Below are positions 49,112 through 57,017 of a stretch of 64,000 nt of DNA, in pieces (positions within the stretch are counted from its first letter, which is position 1; the number at the start of each line of letters is the position of its first letter). The DNA is from a virus. The stretch spans positions 35,096 to 99,095 of the IMG/VR virus record IMGVR_UViG_3300020469_000023. One strand, 5' to 3'. The translations under genes and the position numbers were made by a program. The notes under the pieces were generated by a model. That model did no database searches, was not told where the DNA came from, and saw nothing but the letters and a program-made list of their open reading frames with translations.

Positions 49112-49408
49112 ATGAGAAAAAATAACTATAACAGACGTCCACAGAGACCGAAGAAACGAAGATACGATGGACCAAAAGATACTGGTTTAACTGTATATGT
49201 TCGTGATGGCAATGTCGACCAAGCACTCAGAAGATTTAAAAAGAAAGTTAAAACTGCTGGTGTTATTGAAGACATTAAGAAAAGAGAATTTTTTGTTACT
49301 CGTAGAGAGAAACGTAGATTGCTAAAAGATAAAGCAATTCGTAGACAGAAAAGAGAAAACGAAGAATTTAAGAATACTTTCCTTAGGGGAAATAGAGGCA
49401 TTAGATAG
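49112..49408 (+). CDS. rpsU: Ribosomal protein bS21 with basic N-terminal extension
   Basis: VYVRDGNVDQALRRFKKKV...IKKREFF...EKRR. Confidence 0.88.
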   Translation: MRKNNYNRRPQRPKKRRYDGPKDTGLTVYVRDGNVDQALRRFKKKVKTAGVIEDIKKREFFVTRREKRRLLKDKAIRRQKRENEEFKNTFLRGNRGIR

Positions 49409-49565
49409 TCTTTAATTATCTAGCACATAGTCACTATTCGACTAAAGTGAAATCAGAATAGAGTTGGTTACTGAACACCCATGTGAATATGAGAAAGGTC
49501 ACATTACCTCTATAAGGGAAGAGACGAACATTAACTCTTCCCTTAAATGTAGAGGTTGTATTTTT

Positions 49566-49573
49566 TATAAATA
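49566..49573 (+). promoter_or_regulatory. gp55-type late promoter upstream of riboswitch
   Basis: TATAAATA. Confidence 0.7.
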
Positions 49574-49595
49574 CTAGTGTATAGAAATATACATA

Positions 49596-49743
49596 CGTTC
49601 ATCTTAGTATTATTGACTACTAAGACGGAAGTAGGAAGATAGGAAAACCTCTTTCTTTTTCATAAAGAAAGGTAAGCAAGTAAGCACTTATGGGTCAATA
49701 AATTCCAGTGCTGAACGAGACCGACAATCGACCGAAGGAACGC
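49596..49743 (+). ncRNA. Glutamine riboswitch-like element (glnA RNA family) with large insertion
   Basis: CGTTCA...GACGGAAGTAGG...CCGAAGGAACGC hallmark segments; precedes a YRG peptide gene. Confidence 0.75.
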
Positions 49744-49807
49744 TATGAGAAGGGTGTACAACGAAAGTTGTATGTACGAAATCGATTAGAAAACTGGAGG
49801 GATACAC

Positions 49808-49972
49808 ATGTCTTATTACAGAGGTATCAAAGTAACTCCTGAAAATATTGCTAAAGAGAAAAATTCTCCAAAAGCAGGTATTTACAGAGGAACTAAGCAC
49901 GATGCGGAAGTATCTAAAGACAACACGTCTACTAGCGAATTAAATTATCGCGGTGTAAAACATGTTGCTTAA
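49808..49972 (+). CDS. 54-aa YRG-repeat peptide (DUF4278-like)
   Basis: MSYYRGIK...IYRGTKH...NYRGVKHVA; GGAGG SD; not in the ORF track. Confidence 0.8.
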   Translation: MSYYRGIKVTPENIAKEKNSPKAGIYRGTKHDAEVSKDNTSTSELNYRGVKHVA

Positions 49973-49993
49973 TAGATAACTTGCTATCAGAAC

Positions 49994-50023
49994 AAGGGCA
50001 GACTTAACATCTGCCCTTTTTTT
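49994..50023 (+). terminator. Rho-independent terminator
   Basis: AAGGGCAGA-loop-TCTGCCCTT plus T-tract. Confidence 0.85.
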
Positions 50024-50201
50024 ATGTTATGTATGAAAGTATAACTATACTGCATAGAGTAATTGCAGGTATCATGTAGAGAGAAGTATTAACATTTGAT
50101 ACTTCAAATTTCTTTTCTGCTACATCTAAACCACCTGCTTTTATTACTTTGTGTAATCTGCCAGACTTCATAAGTTTGTGTAGTTTTTTCATATGTTTCA
50201 T
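50022..50201 (-). CDS. 59-aa basic protein with C-terminal TM helix
   Basis: MKHMKKLHKL...IPAITLCSIVILSYIT; TATAAATA at 50236-50243. Confidence 0.55.
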   Translation of the reverse strand: MKHMKKLHKLMKSGRLHKVIKAGGLDVAEKKFEVSNVNTSLYMIPAITLCSIVILSYIT

Positions 50202-50267
50202 TAATGTGACAATTGTGTGTCACCTATGTAACATTTATTTATAAGTTTATTATTTTACAAATAATGG

Positions 50268-50296
50268 TTGACAAATGTTGTAAACTTTGTTATTAT
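50268..50296 (+). promoter_or_regulatory. sigma70-type promoter of candidate large ncRNA
   Basis: TTGACA-17-TATTAT. Confidence 0.8.
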
Positions 50297-50302
50297 AACA
50301 AC

Positions 50303-50810
50303 ACTCGATAACGTTAACTTTGTAATGTGAGTTAATAGTTCAGGGTCAATTGAGGTGAGAGTCCTCTTGAAGAAGAGACCTATCATACATGGTCCACTTG
50401 TAACCTGAACCTAGTTGGTGAGAGTTTTGCGACTCGATAAACAACGTAAGTTGATGTTTTGTGCCAAGGTGGCCAATTCATTAATGACGAAGCAGTTAAA
50501 TGTGGGAAAATAGATGCGAGTAGAGATACATGGTTTGTGAACCCCATGGAAACAATAGATTGATTATCTAGAGAATACGAAATGGTTGGCAAGTAAAACA
50601 ATGATTATGAGTTAATCACATAAGTCATAGTTTGAAGGCCGTAACATATGTAAACAATTTTTGAAAGAGAATTGGGGAATTTACCCGAAAGACGAAGTAT
50701 CTGCACCTTGATGAGCATGGAATTGCAAGGCGCCAAATCTCGATGGTAGTGAGTGGTAATGAGAAATGAATCAATACGAGGCGAAGAAGGAGTGGTGACA
50801 CTCCTTTTTT
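50303..50810 (+). ncRNA. Candidate ~500-nt structured non-coding RNA
   Basis: Bounded by promoter and terminator, no substantial sense ORF, many helices and GNRA loops. Confidence 0.65.
50787..50810 (+). terminator. Rho-independent terminator
   Basis: AAGGAGTG-GTGA-CACTCCTT plus T-tract. Confidence 0.85.
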
Positions 50811-50816
50811 GTATAT

Positions 50817-50850
50817 AAAAAAAGGGAGTCTCGAAAGACTCCCCCTTTTT
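50817..50850 (-). terminator. gp23 terminator (UUCG loop, probably bidirectional)
   Basis: GGGAGTCT-TTCG-AGACTCCC plus T-tract on minus strand. Confidence 0.9.
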
Positions 50851-50869
50851 GGTCTGTAACCTATACAGA

Positions 50870-52174
50870 TTAAGTTAAGATATTAGTAACCTTAAATATT
50901 CTGTAGTAGAAGTTAGTTTTAACAGATGCAAGACCGTTAGCAGGTGTAGAACCTACAAATGGGTTTGACGCCATTCCGTATCTTGTTTTAAAACCTATTC
51001 TAGGTTGGAAAGTATCTTCCCCAACTGCTTTAACCATTTGTAAAGGTACATATGGGCAGTAGAAAACACCAGCGTCATAAGGGTTAGTACCTTTATAACC
51101 TACAGTACAGTAGTCTGTGTTTGCATATGGGTCGATATACACTTTGATTCTTCCGTTAAGAAGACCAGCAAATGTATTTCCAGTATCGTCAACATTTAAG
51201 TTGTTCGCTATACCTGGAGAGTAATCTAAAGTTCCAGCGGCCGCTAAAGCAGTTGCAACATCAGAAGAACAGATTAGGATATTTCCTTTTCCTCTTCTTG
51301 AGTCTTTCGCTATCTGATTACATTCTCTATCTATTTGAACACCTAAACCTTTGAACTTCTCAGCACTCCATCTTCCATCAGCATCAGAAGACATATTGAA
51401 CACACCATTAACAGTAACGTTTGCTTGTTGGGCACCGTCTTTTGCTTGTGAGTTAATAGTTCTGATAACTTCTCTATTGATTTCCGCTAAGATTTCAGTA
51501 GATAAGATGTTAGCAAGTTCAGTTTCAGCATCTAAACCGTGGATTGCTTTAAGGTCTTGAGCAAGTTCTAAAGTGTACTCTGCTTTTAAGGCACGTGAAA
51601 CAGCAGTTACAGTTGATTTCTCAATTGTAAAACCCATTTCATTGAAAGTACTACCAGTAGTTGCACCAAGTTCCTCAGCATCTACAGTAGGCATACCAGA
51701 AGCGGTAAGAGCAGTTAATCTTAAACCTGCTGAGTCAATACCATTGTAACCTGAAACGTTGTCAGAATCATGAGTTCCAGATGAGTCACCTGAAAATCTA
51801 GTTTCTGCTTCGCTGAACAATGCTTCTCTATTAGAAGTTGAACCACCTTGGTATCTTGCCTTCATAGCAAAGATTAAACCAGTTGGTCCATTCATTGGTT
51901 GAACACCACATACATCGTATGCGATTAAGTTAGGCATAGCACGTCTAACTAATGAGATTAAGACTGGGTCAAAATTGGACACACTTGAAGTATTGTTAGC
52001 AGGTGCGGCCTCAAATAACATAGTCTCGTTTTGTTCTGCAATTGCTTTCTCTTGGTTTTCCAAAAGGGCCGCAGTTACGGAACGCCTGTGATTGTCTTTA
52101 ATGGCGCCAGCAGATTCTTCATCTAAGACTGGTTTCCATTTTTCAATCAGGTTGTCATAACTTTGAATTTCCAT
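50870..52174 (-). CDS. gp23: Major capsid protein gp23
   Basis: LVRRAMP, GVQPMNGPTGLIFAM, SRALKAEY, FYCPYVPL, FKTRYG. Confidence 0.98.
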   Translation of the reverse strand: MEIQSYDNLIEKWKPVLDEESAGAIKDNHRRSVTAALLENQEKAIAEQNETMLFEAAPANNTSSVSNFDPVLISLVRRAMPNLIAYDVCGVQPMNGPTGLIFAMKARYQGGSTSNREALFSEAETRFSGDSSGTHDSDNVSGYNGIDSAGLRLTALTASGMPTVDAEELGATTGSTFNEMGFTIEKSTVTAVSRALKAEYTLELAQDLKAIHGLDAETELANILSTEILAEINREVIRTINSQAKDGAQQANVTVNGVFNMSSDADGRWSAEKFKGLGVQIDRECNQIAKDSRRGKGNILICSSDVATALAAAGTLDYSPGIANNLNVDDTGNTFAGLLNGRIKVYIDPYANTDYCTVGYKGTNPYDAGVFYCPYVPLQMVKAVGEDTFQPRIGFKTRYGMASNPFVGSTPANGLASVKTNFYYRIFKVTNILT

Positions 52175-52200
52175 CGTTATTTTCCTATGTTTAATCTAAA

Positions 52201-53292
52201 TTAATTTTTAGATTGAGTTTTTCTTAAAGTAGAAACATACTTATCCATTGAAGAATTAGATTCGATTAACTCGTCACTTTCTCCTTCACTTTCTTCGGAT
52301 ATCATATCGTCACTACCGCTAGGTTCGTTAGAGAAATGTGCTTCTTTAACAACTTTAACTTTTTCTGCATACTTTTCAGCATCTTCAAAGTCTAAGTCAT
52401 TAACTAAAGATTTTAATTTCTCAACTTGTGTGTCAGCAAGGTCAGAAGAAGATTCTCTGATAATTTCCTCTTTCTTCATTTCTTCTAACTCACCGCTTTG
52501 GTCGATAACTTTCTGAGTAGTTTCATTGAGTTTAGACTCAAGTTCTTCTACTTGTTCAGCAAGTTCGTCAACTAGGTCAACTTTGGACTCAGGAACTTCG
52601 ATGTAAGATTCACTAAATAAATCTTTCAACTTAGACATAAACCCTTCGGCGATTTCAGTCCTAAGACCGTTCTCAACCTGAAGTTCATTTTCCTTAACCC
52701 AATTTTCAACTACATAATTAAGGTATGAATCGACTTTCTCAACCATTTCAGATTTAGTTGAAGATAACTCTTCTTCTAATTCTTCTTTGTATTGAGATTC
52801 TAATCTATCAATTTCTTCTGATAGTTTAGATTTTACTGCCGCTTCAAATATTACTGCAGTTTTTTCCTTGAACTCATCACTTAGAGTTGCTTCGGATTCG
52901 ACTAGTGCATTTAAATCGCCCATAGTGTCAACTTCTGGTGATTCAACAATTGCTTCACCTTCCATTTCTTCTACTTCTTCTTTTTTCATGTGATAATTGG
53001 CATACATGCCTTCCATGTCTGATTTAGACATTTTCAACATTTTGTCAGTCATCGCACTAATCATGCCTGCTTTTGTTTTCGGTGCAGGTGCCTGTTTAGG
53101 TTTTACCGCATCGGCCGCTTTATCTACAGATGCAATAGACTCAGGTTCGCTTACTGGACTGGCGTCCTTAGCACTACCTTTTGCCTTTACACTTGACATT
53201 GCTTCCGCTTCTTCGAGAGTTTCTTCCACGATTTCGTTAACTACTTCATCAGTAGAAGTCTCGACTTCATCATTTCTGATTTCATCTGTCAT
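52201..53292 (-). CDS. gp22: Prohead core scaffold gp22
   Basis: FKEKTAVIFEAAV, KVDSYLNYVVENW. Confidence 0.93.
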   Translation of the reverse strand: MTDEIRNDEVETSTDEVVNEIVEETLEEAEAMSSVKAKGSAKDASPVSEPESIASVDKAADAVKPKQAPAPKTKAGMISAMTDKMLKMSKSDMEGMYANYHMKKEEVEEMEGEAIVESPEVDTMGDLNALVESEATLSDEFKEKTAVIFEAAVKSKLSEEIDRLESQYKEELEEELSSTKSEMVEKVDSYLNYVVENWVKENELQVENGLRTEIAEGFMSKLKDLFSESYIEVPESKVDLVDELAEQVEELESKLNETTQKVIDQSGELEEMKKEEIIRESSSDLADTQVEKLKSLVNDLDFEDAEKYAEKVKVVKEAHFSNEPSGSDDMISEESEGESDELIESNSSMDKYVSTLRKTQSKN

Positions 53293-53316
53293 AATTGACT
53301 CCTTTTGAACATATTA

Positions 53317-53976
53317 CTATGTTCTCGATTTAATTAACGAGAGGAAATTTTTAAATTCTCTTACAGAAGTCTCATAAGCGACTTTTCTGGGAGCATTTTT
53401 AATTTCTGTCTCCATTTCTTCAATTTCTTGAGGTTTTAAAACACCGTTATTCCAAACCCACTCAACACCTTCCATTATACCATTAACAAATGCTTCTGGT
53501 GCCGATGGGTCTTGCACGATATCAACTGTGCTAAGAATGAAGTCCTCTCGGACTTGCATAGCGCCGTTTCTATTCTCAAGACTACCCATACCACGAGTTG
53601 ACACTCCTAGTTGAACTCCGCCATCAAGAAGACCTTTTACAATCTTACCATTTGGCGTATCAAGTATTTGCGCCTTTCCTACTACATCAGTTCCCTCAAA
53701 TTTGAGTTCTTTGATTAAGTGTGAAACTTTATCTAAATTAACAGTTGGTCCTTCTGGGTGATTTAATTCACCGACCGCTCTGTTAGTTTTTATTTGTTCT
53801 TTATCATATTTTGCAACTGCTTTTTCCATGATTGCTTTAGGATATACTCGACCATTTCTATTCTTCTTGTCGGTCTGTGCAAATATTCCTTGAATCTTAT
53901 ACTGCTTTTCACCAGCATCATTCTTTTCAACAATACATTCTAAACTACTTTCTGTATATTCTGTAATTAACTTCAT
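53317..53976 (-). CDS. gp21: Prohead protease gp21
   Basis: NRNGRVYP, GELNHP, GVSTRGMGS, DPSAPEAFV. Confidence 0.96.
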   Translation of the reverse strand: MKLITEYTESSLECIVEKNDAGEKQYKIQGIFAQTDKKNRNGRVYPKAIMEKAVAKYDKEQIKTNRAVGELNHPEGPTVNLDKVSHLIKELKFEGTDVVGKAQILDTPNGKIVKGLLDGGVQLGVSTRGMGSLENRNGAMQVREDFILSTVDIVQDPSAPEAFVNGIMEGVEWVWNNGVLKPQEIEEMETEIKNAPRKVAYETSVREFKNFLSLIKSRT

Positions 53977-54182
53977 GTAAGTTCCTTTATAGTTGCTGTT
54001 ATTGCCCTTTCGGCATCTTTTTGATTCTTATACGAATCTAACTTATCACCATCCACATATGCGATAAACGGCAGACTACCAGTATCTTTGGTAATCACCA
54101 CGTCTATACGATTCATCTTTTTCTTGAAGACGATTTTACCCTTAGGTTTTACCGCTTCTCTAAGCGAAAAAAATGTTTTCAT
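53973..54182 (-). CDS. Small prohead core-region protein (gp68 position)
   Basis: MKTFFSLREA start; directly upstream of gp21. Confidence 0.55.
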   Translation of the reverse strand: MKTFFSLREAVKPKGKIVFKKKMNRIDVVITKDTGSLPFIAYVDGDKLDSYKNQKDAERAITATIKELT

Positions 54183-54207
54183 AATAAGTTTTCCTCTTTT
54201 GTCTTAT

Positions 54208-54215
54208 TATTTATA
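54208..54215 (-). promoter_or_regulatory. gp55-type late promoter
   Basis: TATAAATA. Confidence 0.75.
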
Positions 54216-54235
54216 CAAAAGAGGTTTTTTAAAAC

Positions 54236-54625
54236 TTATGCTTCTATACTATCTGTAGATTCGTCTGAGATTTCGTCTCCAGGCGTCTCTGCTTCATCTG
54301 GAGTGTATTCAGGTTCTGGTATATCTATACCATTGTAGACACTATTAGCAAGTTCAACTTTTTTGTTGTCTAACATATCATTCATTTTAGTATCTAAGAT
54401 ATCTTTAAATGAACCTTCAGCACCATTTAAATCACCATCTAATATCTGGTCAATCATATCTGCTTGAGGATTAGACATAACTTCTGCGGCATCATCAACT
54501 GCAGATGGCATATCGTCTTGGTCATGATATTCTACCTCTGTAGGTTGGTCTAATTCTAATTCAACTTCTTGGTCAGAAACATCATCAAGTTCTAATTCTT
54601 GTTGTTCTTCGTTTTCGTTAATCAT
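54236..54625 (-). CDS. Acidic prohead core protein (gp67-like)
   Basis: Very acidic; AEGSFKDILDTKM...KKVELA; position after portal. Confidence 0.6.
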   Translation of the reverse strand: MINENEEQQELELDDVSDQEVELELDQPTEVEYHDQDDMPSAVDDAAEVMSNPQADMIDQILDGDLNGAEGSFKDILDTKMNDMLDNKKVELANSVYNGIDIPEPEYTPDEAETPGDEISDESTDSIEA

Positions 54626-54627
54626 AA

Positions 54628-54846
54628 TTACGCCTTCTTAGTTGTTTTTTTAGCAGGTGCTTTCTTTTTAGCAGTTGCTTTTTTTACAGCAGTTTTTGCC
54701 TTAGTTGCAGTCTTTTTAACTGCTGTCTTTGTTTTCTTTGCAACAATCTTAGCATCTTCTTTATCAACATCACCATCACCGTCTTGGTCAGCAACACTTA
54801 TAAACCATGCTTTAACTTTTGCATACAAGTCTTTTATATAATCCAT
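54628..54846 (-). CDS. Small protein with DxDxDG motif and Lys/Ala-rich tail
   Basis: DQDGDGDVD; KKTKTAVKKTATKAKTAVKKATAKKKAPAKK. Confidence 0.65.
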   Translation of the reverse strand: MDYIKDLYAKVKAWFISVADQDGDGDVDKEDAKIVAKKTKTAVKKTATKAKTAVKKATAKKKAPAKKTTKKA

Positions 54847-54860
54847 TCTATTCTCCTAGA

Positions 54861-56396
54861 TTAAAAGTTATCATCACCACCAGCATCTGCATCATCACCA
54901 TCACCACCGGATTCGTTTTCTGCTTCTACTTGTGCTTTCATTTCGTCAATGTCTTCTTCGGACATTTGCATGACGTTTTTCATTACCCACTCACGTGAGA
55001 AATATTCACCTACATATTGAGATATTTGGTCCATAGTGTTTAATCTATTCTGTAATATCTCTGAGTCTTTCAACTCTGTAAAGTGATTATCTCTTAAGAA
55101 GTCAACAGTAATGTCGTTCTTCCAAAGATTCCAATCCGCATCAGTAATAATACCTTTGAGGATTAGTTGCTTTCTCAATATGTCAGTAAAGAGTTTTGAA
55201 AATCTTTTTCTTATTTTATCAATAAACTTTTGAAACTTAACTTCGTCACGATTAATTTCTGTACTTCTACCAAGACTAAATTGTGCTTCTTGTTCTAATC
55301 TACTAAGTGGTACGTTCAATGAACGATATAATCTTTTCTGAAAGTAAACGATATCGTCTATTTGACCTAAGTTTTCACCACCCGGTAGTGTAGTAATTTC
55401 TGTTCCTCTACCACCTTCACGTCTAGGTAACCAAAAGTCTTCAAGCATTGACATATGTTTTCTGTCATCTTTTAATTCACCAGTACTTGCATCATAGACT
55501 AACTTGTTTCGATAACGAGTCATAATGTCTTTCATATATGCTTCTGATTTACCTCTTGGCATATTACCAACATCAATATAGAATATTCTTCTTTCTGGCG
55601 CTCTTGCTAATCGATAGATTACAAGAGAGTCTTCCATCATTCTTAACTGATTGATTGGTTTTAATGCTTTGTGTAAATAAGATACGACTTGTTTCTTTGT
55701 TGGGTCCATAAGACCAGATGTAACATATGATACTGAATCGGGTGATAATCTTACACCCTGATTACTACCACTCTTTTCTTGAAAGATATAAAACTCTTCT
55801 ACTTTATCTACAATCTTGGCACCAGTTGCAGGGTCTTTCTTGTATTTAACATTCTTAACTTTTCTTACTTTAGTAGCATCAATAGTACGAATGTCTTGTA
55901 TACCAAGTTTAGGTTGTGATTCGTTTACTATTAAATGATGATATAGTCTACCATCAATGTAGTAAGACCTAAATATATCAGTACCCATTTCAGTAAACTT
56001 CATCATACTAACAACTTTATTAAATTCTTCCATCATTGTTTTCTTGATGTTATCTGGTGCATCAACGTTATCAAGATTTAATTCAACTGGTCCTTCATTT
56101 TCAGAACCTACGATTGCTTCATTAACAATATCTTCTATCGCCGCATCTACTTCTGGGTGAACTGCAACACCACGATACTTAAGTACTAATTGACGATTAT
56201 CTTTTGCTTGATTGCCGTCCATGTCAATGAACTGGCCATAGTGAGACCCACTTGCAGTTACATATCCAGCACCATCAGGGTCTGTGGGTGTAACCACTGA
56301 TTGAAGTTTTTTCTTCTTGTCTTCTTTTTGTTTGTCTTCTGCTCTTTTTAGTTCGAAACCAAAAAGTTTCAGAATACTATTGTCTTGTTCTGCCAT
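54861..56396 (-). CDS. gp20: Portal protein gp20
   Basis: YRLARAPERRIFYIDVGN, EDFWLPRREGGRGTEI. Confidence 0.97.
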   Translation of the reverse strand: MAEQDNSILKLFGFELKRAEDKQKEDKKKKLQSVVTPTDPDGAGYVTASGSHYGQFIDMDGNQAKDNRQLVLKYRGVAVHPEVDAAIEDIVNEAIVGSENEGPVELNLDNVDAPDNIKKTMMEEFNKVVSMMKFTEMGTDIFRSYYIDGRLYHHLIVNESQPKLGIQDIRTIDATKVRKVKNVKYKKDPATGAKIVDKVEEFYIFQEKSGSNQGVRLSPDSVSYVTSGLMDPTKKQVVSYLHKALKPINQLRMMEDSLVIYRLARAPERRIFYIDVGNMPRGKSEAYMKDIMTRYRNKLVYDASTGELKDDRKHMSMLEDFWLPRREGGRGTEITTLPGGENLGQIDDIVYFQKRLYRSLNVPLSRLEQEAQFSLGRSTEINRDEVKFQKFIDKIRKRFSKLFTDILRKQLILKGIITDADWNLWKNDITVDFLRDNHFTELKDSEILQNRLNTMDQISQYVGEYFSREWVMKNVMQMSEEDIDEMKAQVEAENESGGDGDDADAGGDDNF

Positions 56397-56458
56397 ATAT
56401 ATTTCTCATATTATATTCAATTCGCCCATAATAAAGAGCAAGTTTTATTCTCACTCTT

Positions 56459-56466
56459 TATTTATA
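56459..56466 (-). promoter_or_regulatory. gp55-type late promoter
   Basis: TATAAATA upstream of gp20. Confidence 0.7.
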
Positions 56467-56478
56467 TATGTTTTAAGA

Positions 56479-57006
56479 CTAAGATGTAGTGTTACTTTCC
56501 CAATATTGTATTGCGAACTCAACTGTAAACTCTTCAATAGTATCTACTGTTTCGTAGTTTAAGTCAATTGCACTAATATTTATAGGGAATGCACCTCTAA
56601 AATTATAAGTCTTGATGACCGATTCGTCTCGGTCTAATTGTTCTACTTTTAAATCTGCTTGATAATCAACAGGATTAACTAAACCAGTATTTGCTTGGTG
56701 ATTGTTAATACCATTCTGCCATCTTTCCATAGCATTTCTAACATTAAAGTCAGTATCATTGATTATTGTTGCTGTCCAAGATTCAAACGTTCTATCACCT
56801 GCTACTTTAAGTTGACGACCTCTAAAAGGTACAATTAACTCATTCATAACTGCCGCAGGTAATTGAGCGGCCTTACATAAAAATGAAGTCAATTCAACAT
56901 CTGCCTCTGCATATGCAGGGAAGTTAATAGTCGCTTTAAAGAGATTAGGTCTAGCACCACCACCTCTTATTTTGGATTTAAAATCATCTACGCCCATTAT
57001 TGCCAT
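56479..57006 (-). CDS. gp19: Tail tube protein gp19
   Basis: GGARPNLF, FRGRQLKVAGDRTF. Confidence 0.95.
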   Translation of the reverse strand: MAIMGVDDFKSKIRGGGARPNLFKATINFPAYAEADVELTSFLCKAAQLPAAVMNELIVPFRGRQLKVAGDRTFESWTATIINDTDFNVRNAMERWQNGINNHQANTGLVNPVDYQADLKVEQLDRDESVIKTYNFRGAFPINISAIDLNYETVDTIEEFTVEFAIQYWESNTTS

Positions 57007-57017
57007 TTTTTATCTCC

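Noticed and set aside
49688-49900. 70-aa minus-strand ORF
   Set aside because: Antisense to the riboswitch and the YRG peptide, which have SD, promoter and terminator
50383-50601. 72-aa minus-strand ORF
   Set aside because: Non-ATG start, no SD or promoter, antisense to a promoter/terminator-bounded unit
50303-50810. tmRNA, RNase P or self-splicing intron identity for the large RNA (a short frame NNDYELIT* near 50596 vaguely resembles a tag)
   Set aside because: No GGGG 5' end or T-arm/CCA 3' end, no RNase P GAGGAAAGUCC, no group II domain V, and it does not interrupt a gene
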